Source: a virus (taxonomy: Duplodnaviria > Caudoviricetes). Taken from it: 64,000 nucleotides of DNA. The stretch covers positions 1 through 64,000 of the IMG/VR virus record IMGVR_UViG_3300037455_001397. One strand, 5' to 3'. Made by a program: the position numbers and the translations under genes. Position 1 is the first letter of the stretch; each line of letters starts with the position of its first letter. Below the pieces are notes generated by a model. The model was not told the origin of the DNA. It did no database searches and was given only the letters and a program-made list of their open reading frames with translations. Positions 37,862 through 47,643 of the stretch are shown piece after piece.

Positions 37862-38655
37862 ACACACAAATGCAGGAGCACATTATTTATCTCGATGCGC
37901 ATGAATCGGTCGCAGTCGTGCGCGATGAGAAGAACATGAGGACACTGCCGCCGCCCACGCTCGTTCGCGGCACGGCATGCATCCTCAAACTGCGGCTGTT
38001 TGCCGAAAGGATCGGCACAACGCCATTTCCAATCGCAAATCTGTACGACGTTGTGAGCTGGCAATGGGCAATGGATTCGGACTTCTACGACCGCAGCCCG
38101 TACAAGCTCGTCGGAGACAATCCCAACATCGAACTCAATTCCGTGCAGGAATTCCGGGATGGTATCGGTCGGGTCTACACGCAAATCACGATTCCGATGC
38201 CCTCGATGGAAACGAACGAGCTTGCACGATGGCTTGGCTCCGAGCCTGTCCGAGCAGGACTGACCGGGGAGCTGACGGGCTTCGATGCCACTGGCTCTCC
38301 GATTTACATCCTGCAAATCGAGGGCTTCAAAATCCGAAATCGCATCGTGTCTTCTGCGGGGCCGACCACCTCGTCTTCGAGTGCGGTTGCCGGCATCACG
38401 ATGGAACAGCTTCAGGAGATGATCAACCAGGCAATCGTCAATGCAGGTGGGAACAGCTCCAGTGGAAACAACAGCTCCTCCGGCAGTGGCGGAAACAATT
38501 CGAGCTCCGGCTCCGAGGGCAACAATTCGAGCTCTGGCAGTGGAGGTAACAGCTCTTCCGGCAGCGGCGGGAACAATTCGAGCTCCGGCTCCGGCGCCTA
38601 CGAAAACGAGACCGGGGGCGCGATCAGTGAAGATATCACCTACGACATTCTGTAA
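37858..38655 (+). CDS. Tail-region protein with Ser/Gly/Asn linker
   Basis: PTLVRG..WQWAMDSDF; (NNSSSGSGG)n; ends ITYDIL. Confidence 0.7.
   Translation: MNTQMQEHIIYLDAHESVAVVRDEKNMRTLPPPTLVRGTACILKLRLFAERIGTTPFPIANLYDVVSWQWAMDSDFYDRSPYKLVGDNPNIELNSVQEFRDGIGRVYTQITIPMPSMETNELARWLGSEPVRAGLTGELTGFDATGSPIYILQIEGFKIRNRIVSSAGPTTSSSSAVAGITMEQLQEMINQAIVNAGGNSSSGNNSSSGSGGNNSSSGSEGNNSSSGSGGNSSSGSGGNNSSSGSGAYENETGGAISEDITYDIL
38449..38597 (+). repeat. Coding tandem repeats (GNNSSSGSG)
   Basis: About 5 degenerate aacaattcgagctccggc-type units. Confidence 0.8.
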
Positions 38656-38697
38656 CCGCGCATTTAGCGCACAAACAATTTTACAAGGAGGCAACAC

Positions 38698-39597
38698 ATG
38701 GCCAACCAGAAAATTCAACTCAAGAGCGTGAACGGGAACAAACTGTTCCCCCGGACGAGCATCAACAACATCGTTGGTGAAGACTTTACGACCGTCGTCA
38801 GCATCCCCGTCCTCGACGGTACCGGCAAAATCAAGGCGGAGAACCTGCCGAGCTTCGTGGATGACGTGATCGAACTCGTCGCGGTCAGCGAAACGGCTCC
38901 GGCATCCTGCTCTGTCGGGGACATGTACTTCAACTCCGGCTCCACGAACAAGAAAATCTACACCGCCACCGCGGCCAATACATGGGGAACCACCGGAGTC
39001 GAGCCCGAAAAGAGCAAGATTTACGTCAACACGACCGACAACAAGACCTATCGCTGGTCTGGCACGGTCATGACGGAAATCGGCAAGATGCCCGCCGTTG
39101 CCACCACCATTCGCGTGTCCGGTACCGCCGACGACAACCACGTCGCATCCGAGAAAGCCGTCCGCGACGCCCTCGTCGCTGCGGGAGCTTATACGCTTCC
39201 GGCCGCCACCGCATCCGAACTCGGCGGTGTCAAGGTCGCCGCAGTCGCCACGTCCGGCCTGAACAATGCATCCGGGAGCATCAGTCTTGCTACGGCGTCC
39301 GCTTCCCAGCTCGGCGGCGTGAAGATCGGTTCGAACATTTCCGTCAGCAACGGCGTCATCAGCGTGGCCGAAAGCACCAACTCCCAGAAGGGCGTCGTCC
39401 TCACGAAGAGCACCGTTGACGGCAACAACACCTCCCTGTCCGCAACCGACTCCGCAGTCGGCACTGTCCCGACCGTGTGGGCCGTTGAAACCGCCCTGAA
39501 GGCGAAGCAGGACAAGCTCACTGCCGGCACGGGCGTCTCCATCACGGACGGCACGGTCAGCGTGGCCGATACCGTCATCTACGAGGTCGTGTCCTGA
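38698..39597 (+). CDS. Tail fibre-like protein 1
   Basis: LPSFVDDVIE..KIYVN..YRWSG; YTLPAATASELGGVK repeats. Confidence 0.75.
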   Translation: MANQKIQLKSVNGNKLFPRTSINNIVGEDFTTVVSIPVLDGTGKIKAENLPSFVDDVIELVAVSETAPASCSVGDMYFNSGSTNKKIYTATAANTWGTTGVEPEKSKIYVNTTDNKTYRWSGTVMTEIGKMPAVATTIRVSGTADDNHVASEKAVRDALVAAGAYTLPAATASELGGVKVAAVATSGLNNASGSISLATASASQLGGVKIGSNISVSNGVISVAESTNSQKGVVLTKSTVDGNNTSLSATDSAVGTVPTVWAVETALKAKQDKLTAGTGVSITDGTVSVADTVIYEVVS

Positions 39598-39626
39598 CAC
39601 AACCTGACCCGAACTGAACACTCTTG

Positions 39627-39660
39627 AATCCGTCCGGCATCCGGTCGGGCGGATTTTTTT
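39627..39660 (+). terminator. Rho-independent terminator
   Basis: AATCCGTCCGG..TCGGGCGGATT + T run. Confidence 0.7.
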
Positions 39661-39686
39661 AACCTCAAATCCAGGAGAAATACTAC

Positions 39687-40934
39687 ATGGCAAATAAGAA
39701 AATCCTTCTGAAATCGACCGCTGGCGACGCACTGTTCCCGCGCACCTCCATCGACAACCTCGTGGATGCGGTCGGCAGCACCGTATCCGTCAGCATTCCT
39801 GTCCTTGACGCCAACGGCAAGCTCGATGCTTCCTACCTTCCGAGCTATGTGGATGACATCATCGACCTGAAAGCCATCACCGGCACCGCGCCGAGCTCCT
39901 GCGCGGTCGGCGACATGTATTTCAACAACGCGTCCGGCAACCTCAAAATCTACACGGCGACCGCAGCCAATACCTGGGGAACGACCGGAGCAACGCCCGA
40001 AACGGGCAAGATCTACGTCAATCTCGCCGACTCCAAGATTTACCGCTGGTCGGGAAGCGCAATGGTGGAGATCAGCAAGCAGGTGTCGACCGTCACGAGT
40101 GTTCGTGATACCTCCTCCGCGCTCGACACTGTCGTCCCGACCGAGAAGGCCGTCGCCACCGCCCTTTCGGGTAAGGCGGCAAGCTCTCACAGCCACAGCA
40201 TCGCCAACGTTTCCGGCCTCCAGTCTGCTCTTGACGGCAAGGCGGGGACCAGCCACAGCCATGAGATTTCGGATGTCTCCGGTCTCCAGACTGCCCTTGA
40301 TGGAAAACAGGGCACTCTGACGGCAGGCACGAATATCTCCATCTCAAACGGCACGATCAGCAACACCTATTCGTATTCTCTGCCCGCTGCGACCACCTCG
40401 GCACGAGGCGGTGTCGTGGTCAGCACGACCGCTTCGAACGGTGTGGCCCTTGCCATCAGTTCCGGCACGGTCAGCGTGGCGGCAACCGCAGCATCTACCA
40501 CGGCAGTCGGTACCGTCCGCCTCGCCACCACCTCGGAAGCAACCACAGGGACGAGCGAATCCGTCGCGGTTACCCCGAAAGGCCTGAAGACCGAGCTGGA
40601 CAAGAAGGCGAACACCTCGCACACGCACAGCTATCAGGCCGTGCTGACAGCAGGCAACGGTATCGCGATTGCCAGCAACGTCATCTCCGCCGATATCTCC
40701 ACCACTGCTTCGAACGGCGTCGCTCTCGCCTGGGACGGCACGACCGAGAATTCGAAGAAAATCAAAGTCACGGCGACTGCCGCGACCGCATCGGCTCGCG
40801 GAACTGTCATTCTGGCTTCCACGACCGAGGCGTCTACCGGAACGGATACGGCGAAAGCCGTCACCTGTGCTGGCGTCAAGGCCGCGCTCGACAACCGCCT
40901 TGCGTCCTACATCACCTACGAGGAACTGGCTTAA
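39687..40934 (+). CDS. Tail fibre-like protein 2
   Basis: LPSYVDD; HSHSIANVSGLQSALDGK tail repeats; ASTTAVGTVRLAT fibre repeats. Confidence 0.8.
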   Translation: MANKKILLKSTAGDALFPRTSIDNLVDAVGSTVSVSIPVLDANGKLDASYLPSYVDDIIDLKAITGTAPSSCAVGDMYFNNASGNLKIYTATAANTWGTTGATPETGKIYVNLADSKIYRWSGSAMVEISKQVSTVTSVRDTSSALDTVVPTEKAVATALSGKAASSHSHSIANVSGLQSALDGKAGTSHSHEISDVSGLQTALDGKQGTLTAGTNISISNGTISNTYSYSLPAATTSARGGVVVSTTASNGVALAISSGTVSVAATAASTTAVGTVRLATTSEATTGTSESVAVTPKGLKTELDKKANTSHTHSYQAVLTAGNGIAIASNVISADISTTASNGVALAWDGTTENSKKIKVTATAATASARGTVILASTTEASTGTDTAKAVTCAGVKAALDNRLASYITYEELA

Positions 40935-41002
40935 ATCCCGAACCTCATTTGTGCCGGGGACTTGTTCCCCGGCATGTTTGACCTTAAATCGAAAGGTTTT
41001 CT

Positions 41003-42115
41003 ATGGCTGAGAATAAGAAAATCTTACTCAAGTCCTCGGCTGGAGATAACCTGTATCCACGGGCATCTCTCGACAACCTGGTGGATGTCGTCGGCGGCAC
41101 GACAGCCGTGCGGGTTCCGACACTGGACAGCGATGGGCATATCGAGAGCAGATTCCTGCCGACAGGGATGTCCTTGCTGGACAGCGACGGTCGCATCGAC
41201 AGCCAATACCTTCCGCCGGATTTCTTTCCTCCGGCAGCTCGTGTCGCGCTGAGCGGAACGATTTACGTCTCATCTGGCGCTTTGCTCAGGGACGCGGAGG
41301 AAGCCTCCGGGTTCATCCGGGTTCTGAGCGGCGGCAGCGCAAAGCGCATCACGGTCACGTCCGGCAATTTCACGGTATCTTCCGGTGGAGCTGCCGCAGA
41401 CCTGACCTGGAACAGTCCGGGCACAATGTACATCCCAGGCGGCCACGTTCAATATGTGGACTGTCGGAAAGGCAGCATCGAGGTCCAAAAAGGCGGGCTT
41501 CTGAAACATGTGACTGCAAGCACAGGATGCCTCCTGTTCGTGTCGTCAGGCGGAACGGCTACCAATATCGTCGAATACGGCGGATACGTTCGTGTTCCGA
41601 CCGGAGCTGTCGGCCAGTTCGAACAGACCGTCATCCCGAATCTCGCACTGTCGGCCTCTCAGTCGGCAACAATTCATGGCGGAAACCAGGTCAGCAACAC
41701 TACTATTTCGAGCGGCGGTTCGCTTCACGTCTTCGAGGAAGGAACGCTGACCGGGCAATGCACTGTTCTGAACGGCGGAAGCCTGGTTCTGTACAATGGA
41801 GCCATTCTGGATTTCCGTCTTGCGGACATGGAGCCGGGAGACGCTGCCAGAATCAATGACGTAACGAAAATATCGAGGAGCAACAATGCTGCCGTTTCGT
41901 TCACACTGACCGTGTCGGAAGACCAGCCGTCCGGGGTGTACGCCATTGGCGGCAACTGCTCCTCCTGGAATACGGAACTGCAGGTGCGGACGGATGACGG
42001 TACAAGCCTCGGCTCCCTCGCATTGAACGGATCACTTACGGCTTATGGCGCGGTTTACACGCTGTCGATCATCGACAATGAGCTCTCCGTGACAGTCAGC
42101 CGCTCAAACCAATAA
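41003..42115 (+). CDS. Fibre/adhesin protein 3 with AIDA-like beta-helix repeats
   Basis: Shared N-terminus; repeated VSSGG/ISSGG units. Confidence 0.7.
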   Translation: MAENKKILLKSSAGDNLYPRASLDNLVDVVGGTTAVRVPTLDSDGHIESRFLPTGMSLLDSDGRIDSQYLPPDFFPPAARVALSGTIYVSSGALLRDAEEASGFIRVLSGGSAKRITVTSGNFTVSSGGAAADLTWNSPGTMYIPGGHVQYVDCRKGSIEVQKGGLLKHVTASTGCLLFVSSGGTATNIVEYGGYVRVPTGAVGQFEQTVIPNLALSASQSATIHGGNQVSNTTISSGGSLHVFEEGTLTGQCTVLNGGSLVLYNGAILDFRLADMEPGDAARINDVTKISRSNNAAVSFTLTVSEDQPSGVYAIGGNCSSWNTELQVRTDDGTSLGSLALNGSLTAYGAVYTLSIIDNELSVTVSRSNQ

Positions 42116-42131
42116 CAGAAGGATTTTTTAC

Positions 42132-44642
42132 ATGGCGGAAAACAAGAAAGTCCAAATCAAAAATACAGGCGGCGACGCGCTGTATCCGCGGACTGCCGCG
42201 GAGAACATCGTGAACGTTCCAGGAGGAACAATGAACGTGTTCATGTACCTTCAGGGAATCGGAGACGCCAATCAGTTCCCCGATCCCGACAAAGGTGCCA
42301 GATACTTTGACCCTGCCGCGAATGGCGGCGGTGGTGCGGTTTACGAATGTGTCTCGTCTGGCACCTGGACCGGGAAGAAAGAGGTTACCTCGTGGGATTC
42401 GAATACGCTGTTCTTCTGGAACGGCGACGTCTACAAGTACGTGAACGGCGAGGACACGCTGATTCCCATCGTGTGTGCGGGGATTGACATGACGGATACT
42501 AACGGCGTCAGGCTTGACGGTGGTGGCGGCATGCCCCTCAAGGTTGTTGCCAGTTCGGCCACGACCACGACATTCGGTACCATCAAACCTCTCAACACGG
42601 TGACCAACGGAGCATCCCTTTCCACCACAAACGGTGAGGTCAAAGCCATCGTCTCCTCGGCCACGAATGCCCAGCTCGGCACAGTAAAAGTCACGACCAC
42701 TGCGTCCAATGGTGTCGCTCTCGCTATTGCAAATGGTGCGGTCAGCGCCACCCAGACCTTCGCCACGAACGCGGAGGCGTCCGCGGGTTCCATCTCCAGC
42801 AAGGGCGTCACGCCTGCCGCAATGAAGTACGCCCGCACCTGGACCTCCATCACCGACAAAGGAACATCCGCGACCGTGACGATCTCGCCCGGAGGTGTCT
42901 ACAAGGTGACCCCGGCTTCCGGTCTCACGCTGTCCACGACTGCTGTTTCGGCAAACATGTACGGTGCGGATGCCCGTCTTGCTCTCTACATGCCGAACGG
43001 CGGCTACATGACGGCTATCGCGCCTCTGGTGCTGGTCGACCCGGTGACACCCGGCGCCGGCAACTATTATGTCGCAAAGTACCGAGACGGCAACGCCTAT
43101 CTGTACAAAGAGGGCATCGAGGGCGGATACTTCGTGAACAACTACAGCAACAACAACGCGAATTCGCTCTATTACGCCATCAACACGCAGAAGAGCCCGT
43201 GGATTTATGTTCAGGGCACGGCGGGACATACGATGGATTTTGGCGGCACTCTGTCCAGCAACACCAACATCGTCGGCAACGGTTACGACTGCCTGCTTGC
43301 TGGTTCACTCAAGCTTGGAAACAAGACCCTGCGTATCACGAATGCGGAACTGCACGGTCCTTTCTTCAGCAGCGGTACCGTTGTTCTGGCAGGACATGTA
43401 TATTTCGACGGCACGACTACCCTCGGAACGGGAGGCGGACTGCAGGTGTCCCCCGGCTCTGTTCTTGAAGGTAAGCAGGGAGACGGCATTACGCGGGGCA
43501 AGATCGACTTCGCAGGAAGCACGACTCTTACCTTTGGAAACGACACAGAAATCTCCCACCTTGATCTCTACAGGGCAAAAGGCGCGGACGACCTGCAGAT
43601 GTTTGTCAGCAAGACAACTCTCACAGACGTCAAGTTCGATGACTGCTTTATGGGGCAACACCAGATGGGGCTTATTGAGGCCAACCAGTCCCCCATTACG
43701 CTGAACGATTGCGTCATCACCGGTTGCACTGTCGCTGAGGCATCGAATATAATCGGGAATGTGGATGACGATTTCTCCGAACTTACGATGTCTGGTTGCA
43801 GGTTTAAAAACAACATCGTGCAGCAAGGCGGCAATGGTGGCTTCCTTGGCGTACATGCCGGTCAGACACATGCTGTGAGGGCAAAGGACTGTGAGTTTCT
43901 GGGCAACAAGGTGTTCTCCGGCACAGCGCAGACGACAAGAGCCGGTCAAGGCGGAGCGCTCGTCCTCTATGATGCATATAGAAACGATGAACCTATCGGC
44001 CGCGGTACTGAAAATGCCCGGTTTGATAATTGCACATTCAGCGGAAACGCGGCATCCAGAGGCGGAGCAATCGCAGTACCGGAATGCAGCTACGCTGACG
44101 CATCGTTCCTGAATTGTTCCATTGTCGGAAACAGTGCGAATGTCGGTGGTGCTTTTGACCTGGGGGGTGTACTCCCATCCACTGATGTGCTTTATTTCTC
44201 GAACTGCGTTATTTCCGGCAACTCTGATACCGCCGGATCGACCGGTCTCGGTCACATCAAATCAGGGTGGGTGCATTTCGACACATGCCGTCTCGGCGGG
44301 TCGATTGCTGTTGAAAGCGGAGGAATCTTGCTTACGGGCTCCAACACGTTCGCCACGGGCAATCCAGATGAAGACGGCGGATACAGACCGCTGATCTCCG
44401 GGGGAACCGTATTCATCTCTGCCGGAGCCATCGTTGATGCTCAGGCACAGGGCGGCTATCTGATGGATTGCGCGTCCGTTCAGGTCGGATCCGGTCCGAA
44501 TCCATTCGAATATCTGGACCCGGAATGGACGATTGGTGGGTCCGCAACGCTGATCACGAGCAACGGCGTGAAGAAGCTCATTGGTTCCGGCAACATCGTC
44601 GACGCCAATGCCGGAGGCTCGAATGCACTCATTTACGACTGA
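42132..44642 (+). CDS. Fibre/spike protein 4 with beta-helix (GGA repeat) domain
   Basis: Shared N-terminus; FDNCTFSGNAASRGGAI, NCSIVGNSANVGGAF repeats. Confidence 0.75.
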   Translation: MAENKKVQIKNTGGDALYPRTAAENIVNVPGGTMNVFMYLQGIGDANQFPDPDKGARYFDPAANGGGGAVYECVSSGTWTGKKEVTSWDSNTLFFWNGDVYKYVNGEDTLIPIVCAGIDMTDTNGVRLDGGGGMPLKVVASSATTTTFGTIKPLNTVTNGASLSTTNGEVKAIVSSATNAQLGTVKVTTTASNGVALAIANGAVSATQTFATNAEASAGSISSKGVTPAAMKYARTWTSITDKGTSATVTISPGGVYKVTPASGLTLSTTAVSANMYGADARLALYMPNGGYMTAIAPLVLVDPVTPGAGNYYVAKYRDGNAYLYKEGIEGGYFVNNYSNNNANSLYYAINTQKSPWIYVQGTAGHTMDFGGTLSSNTNIVGNGYDCLLAGSLKLGNKTLRITNAELHGPFFSSGTVVLAGHVYFDGTTTLGTGGGLQVSPGSVLEGKQGDGITRGKIDFAGSTTLTFGNDTEISHLDLYRAKGADDLQMFVSKTTLTDVKFDDCFMGQHQMGLIEANQSPITLNDCVITGCTVAEASNIIGNVDDDFSELTMSGCRFKNNIVQQGGNGGFLGVHAGQTHAVRAKDCEFLGNKVFSGTAQTTRAGQGGALVLYDAYRNDEPIGRGTENARFDNCTFSGNAASRGGAIAVPECSYADASFLNCSIVGNSANVGGAFDLGGVLPSTDVLYFSNCVISGNSDTAGSTGLGHIKSGWVHFDTCRLGGSIAVESGGILLTGSNTFATGNPDEDGGYRPLISGGTVFISAGAIVDAQAQGGYLMDCASVQVGSGPNPFEYLDPEWTIGGSATLITSNGVKKLIGSGNIVDANAGGSNALIYD

Positions 44643-44657
44643 GAGGAGATATAATCC

Positions 44658-45065
44658 ATGAAGCTTTACACCATCGACGGGCAGACCTTCAAAAGTCTGC
44701 CCGATCCGTATCAGAACATGAGCCCCATGACGGACGAACTGTTCGAGCAGCTTGGCGGCACCATCACGGATGACGGCACTCCGACTCCAGAAGAGGAGTT
44801 TGAGGCGGCCTGCGCTCAATTCCGAACCATCTGCACCGCCATCGGGCAATTCATCGGAGCAGACAACTTCCACGGCGGCTTCGGGGAGATGGCGTCCTTC
44901 GCCAGCTCCGAAGCGTACCAGGCAAATCCGGTCATGGGGAACAGCCTCGCCATCCAGTGGTCGGCCGCCAACGAGCAAGGCAAATACTTCGGTTCCAAAA
45001 TCGGGTACGGTCAGCCTCAGTGGTGGTACCGATGCTGGCAGCTGGCCGGAATTGAAATCGACTGA
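44658..45065 (+). CDS. Hypothetical protein (fibre chaperone-like position)
   Basis: 135 aa ORF with GAGGAG RBS. Confidence 0.7.
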   Translation: MKLYTIDGQTFKSLPDPYQNMSPMTDELFEQLGGTITDDGTPTPEEEFEAACAQFRTICTAIGQFIGADNFHGGFGEMASFASSEAYQANPVMGNSLAIQWSAANEQGKYFGSKIGYGQPQWWYRCWQLAGIEID

Positions 45066-45079
45066 CAGGAGGAAAAACA

Positions 45080-45529
45080 TTGACTTCCATCGAAACCATC
45101 ATTGAGCTGTACTACCAGGCTCAGAAGTTCCATCTTGAGAACACGGACATCCTCGAACGGTACTCGTTTGAGGACCTGGCAAAGATCTACAACGGCATCG
45201 GGCCCGATTCGTTCCCGGAATGGCTCCGCAAGGTCATTTCCTCCTTGCATCCCAGCCTCGCTCCTGCAGCCCTCATCCATGATGTGGAGTGGCACGAAAG
45301 CGACAAAACACGGGATTCCTTCTCCGAATCCAATGCCCGTTTCAAACGCAACGGCAAGGCCGTCGCCAAGTGTTCTTTCTCGTTCTTCAACCCGCGTCGC
45401 TACATCGTCTGGAATCAGGCGCGGCGCTTCGGGAACTACTGCGAACTCTTCGGCTGGTCCGCCTGGTGTTCTCCGTGCGAATGCCCGATCTGCACGAAGG
45501 CGCGTGAGCAGGCGAAGGCGAATGGATGA
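45080..45529 (+). CDS. Hypothetical protein with NGxG...HD motif (phospholipase A2-like?)
   Basis: YNGIGP..AALIHDVEW; TTG start after AGGAGG. Confidence 0.55.
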   Translation: MTSIETIIELYYQAQKFHLENTDILERYSFEDLAKIYNGIGPDSFPEWLRKVISSLHPSLAPAALIHDVEWHESDKTRDSFSESNARFKRNGKAVAKCSFSFFNPRRYIVWNQARRFGNYCELFGWSAWCSPCECPICTKAREQAKANG

Positions 45530-45623
45530 GCTTGCCAGCCTCGCTGTTGTGCTTGTCTTCGGCTTCGTCCTGCTCGTGCTGTTCCTGCTTCTCCTGGCTG
45601 CGTTTTTCACCATCAACTATTGA
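45522..45623 (+). CDS. 33-aa single-TM peptide
   Basis: MDELASLAVVLVFGFVLLVLFLLLLAAFFTINY. Confidence 0.45.
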   Translation: MDELASLAVVLVFGFVLLVLFLLLLAAFFTINY

Positions 45624-45635
45624 AAGGCTAAAACC

Positions 45636-46001
45636 ATGAAGGAAATCTTTCTTACCCTCGCGATCCCCGCTCTGCTCGTTCTGAGCGGGTGCTCGCACAA
45701 CGTCGTAACCTATGGTGACGGCATCGGCTTCGACATGGGCGTCGATCCCGAACATTTCTCGGCGTCGTTCACCCTGCGTTACGGCAAGACCCTTACCGCA
45801 ATCACCCGAGATAACGTGGAGATCGAGCTTGCGGGGAAAGCCAATGCGGACGGAATCCCGGCTTCCGACGCCAGCACCAATGTCGGAACTGACGGCAACC
45901 TCCGCGTCAAGATCGGTCGGCAAATCAATGGGTATGCCGTCGACCTCGTGGAGGCCGGAGCCGATCCCGACAAGGTGGTCGATGCGCTAACCGACAAATG
46001 A
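45636..46001 (+). CDS. Lipoprotein
   Basis: Signal peptide with lipobox LSGC. Confidence 0.75.
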   Translation: MKEIFLTLAIPALLVLSGCSHNVVTYGDGIGFDMGVDPEHFSASFTLRYGKTLTAITRDNVEIELAGKANADGIPASDASTNVGTDGNLRVKIGRQINGYAVDLVEAGADPDKVVDALTDK

Positions 46002-46138
46002 AAACCGATCCCCGGCTGGAGTCCGACTTCAGTGTTCGGGCGTGATGCCGGGGACATTTCCACAGCATACCACCGCAAGCCTCTGTCCGGCTTCCCGGAC
46101 ATGCTCAATGTGCGGTGGGTTTTATTTTCTCCGCGAAC

Positions 46139-46167
46139 TTGACAAATCCCGTTTCCCGTGTTATAGT
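46139..46167 (+). promoter_or_regulatory. Strong sigma70 promoter
   Basis: TTGACA-17-TATAGT with extended TG. Confidence 0.75.
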
Positions 46168-46224
46168 ATCAGGCTTTTTCGCAAAGAAGATACAGACCAA
46201 AAGAATCCAAGGGAGTGCCGCACT

Positions 46225-46533
46225 ATGCCCGCAAGAAAACCGTATCAGAAAAAACTGAAGCTTCCGAAGCATTGGAAGATTTCAAGAGTCGAGCATGCCG
46301 AAAACGGTTCGCGTGTTGATCTCTGGCTGAAACATGAGCCGCATGTCTTTCGTTGTTCCAAATGCCATGAGCCTGCCACGACCTATGCCCACATGGAGGA
46401 GCAGGTTCTCCTGCACCCCGACACGACTGAACGCAGGATATTCCTGCATGTCCGCCGTCCTCTTGTGAGCTGTCATGAGCACGGAATCACTCCCGGAAAG
46501 TTCTTCGCGGAGGGATACGCGGAAAGCGACTGA
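46225..46533 (+). CDS. Stand-alone ISL3 transposase N-terminal Zn-finger domain
   Basis: LKLPKHWKISRVE..CSKC..RRPLVSCHEHG; no DDE domain follows. Confidence 0.6.
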   Translation: MPARKPYQKKLKLPKHWKISRVEHAENGSRVDLWLKHEPHVFRCSKCHEPATTYAHMEEQVLLHPDTTERRIFLHVRRPLVSCHEHGITPGKFFAEGYAESD

Positions 46534-46819
46534 CAAACAATTCCCCGGCTAGGCCTCTGTCCGTTTTCGGGTAAGCCCAACCTTGCCGGGCTTTTTTTCT
46601 CGTCCAGGTCTGACCTCGGTTAGGCCTGGCATTTTTTTGCCTTTGCGCTGGAAGACACAGCGGCTTTCGTGGCGATCTTTCGGCTATGTTTCGCGCAACG
46701 CATAAGGCCTTGGTTCAGGGGCATCCTGCCAAGGGGGCAAGATCGCACAAATCGGCCTTTCTGGGCGTTTATTGGCATAAATCATAATGGACCTGCGCGA
46801 GCAAACGCCTCAAAACTTT

Positions 46820-47060
46820 CTGCGAAGAATTATAGAAAAACCGCTTGACTTTTCTGTAAAAGCATAATCGGAGAATCTTCGATTTTTCTTTCGTTTTCGA
46901 CTTGCTTTTTGGAAAAAGGGATAGTCGAAGAAAAACTGGTCTTTCTTCGGAAACCGACTTGATATTGAGGCAAACAATGCTCAAGAAGAAAGTTCAATTA
47001 AAAACGCTTATTTCTCTGTAAAAGACTGGCTATTAACGAATAGTACGCTAAATTAACAAC
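46820..47060 (+). promoter_or_regulatory. Phased repeat array plus cassette promoter 1
   Basis: CTTG at 46844, 46901, 46958, then GACTGGCTATTAACGAA at 47024. Confidence 0.8.
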
Positions 47061-47107
47061 AGAACGGGAAGCATAGGGCGACCCACACGACAACAAGGAG
47101 ATGCAAC

Positions 47108-47368
47108 ATGAAAAAGAGAATCGAATGCAAGATTCCCGAATCCTTCTGGAACACCGAAGCCGGTCAGAAAATCGCCGGAGCAATGCACAGCGATGGCTGG
47201 GAAGCTTCGGACTGCCTCACGAGCGTGATAGACCTTCTCGAAGATGGCATCAGGAACTCGCAAGACATGGCAATCGTCGAGGAACTGAAGAAAGCACAGA
47301 AGCAGGTGGCCGCCGCCAAGAAAGCCCTCTGGAAAGCATCCGACATCCTCCGCGAAACAGGATTCTGA
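47108..47368 (+). CDS. Cassette hypothetical protein
   Basis: 86 aa, AAGGAG RBS, followed by hairpin. Confidence 0.7.
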   Translation: MKKRIECKIPESFWNTEAGQKIAGAMHSDGWEASDCLTSVIDLLEDGIRNSQDMAIVEELKKAQKQVAAAKKALWKASDILRETGF

Positions 47369-47439
47369 ACCGCAACACTCGAACACCCCGCTGCCCTGAG
47401 CGACGGGGCTCTCTTTTCGACAATCCTTTTGAAAAAAAG

Positions 47440-47640
47440 ATTATCGAAGAAAGATCGGTTTTTCTTCGGAAACCGACTTGATATTGAGGCGAATCATGCT
47501 CACGAAGAAAGTTCTATTAAAAACGCTTATTTCTCTATAAAAGACTGGCTATTAACGAATAACGCGCTAAATTGTTAATGTCGAGCGGGCGAATGGAACA
47601 CCTGCGAAAGAAACAAAAAACTGCCAACAGACGGAGGCAC
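47440..47640 (+). promoter_or_regulatory. Repeat unit plus cassette promoter 2 and stem-loop leader
   Basis: Near-duplicate of 46925-47055; GACTGG at 47543. Confidence 0.8.
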
Positions 47641-47643
47641 AAG

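Noticed and set aside
38449-38597. Ser/Gly/Asn repeat as a special element
   Set aside because: Explained as a flexible coding linker.
37840-39732. 630-aa minus-strand ORF
   Set aside because: Antisense shadow of tail genes.
38698-44642. Shufflon or diversity-generating retroelement for tail fibres
   Set aside because: All genes are complete and co-oriented; no invertase, reverse transcriptase or TR/VR pair seen.
46225-46533. Active ISL3 element
   Set aside because: No catalytic domain or terminal inverted repeats found.
46844-46868. TTGACT..CATAAT as a canonical sigma70 promoter
   Set aside because: Spacer is only 12 nt; treated as a unit of the phased array.
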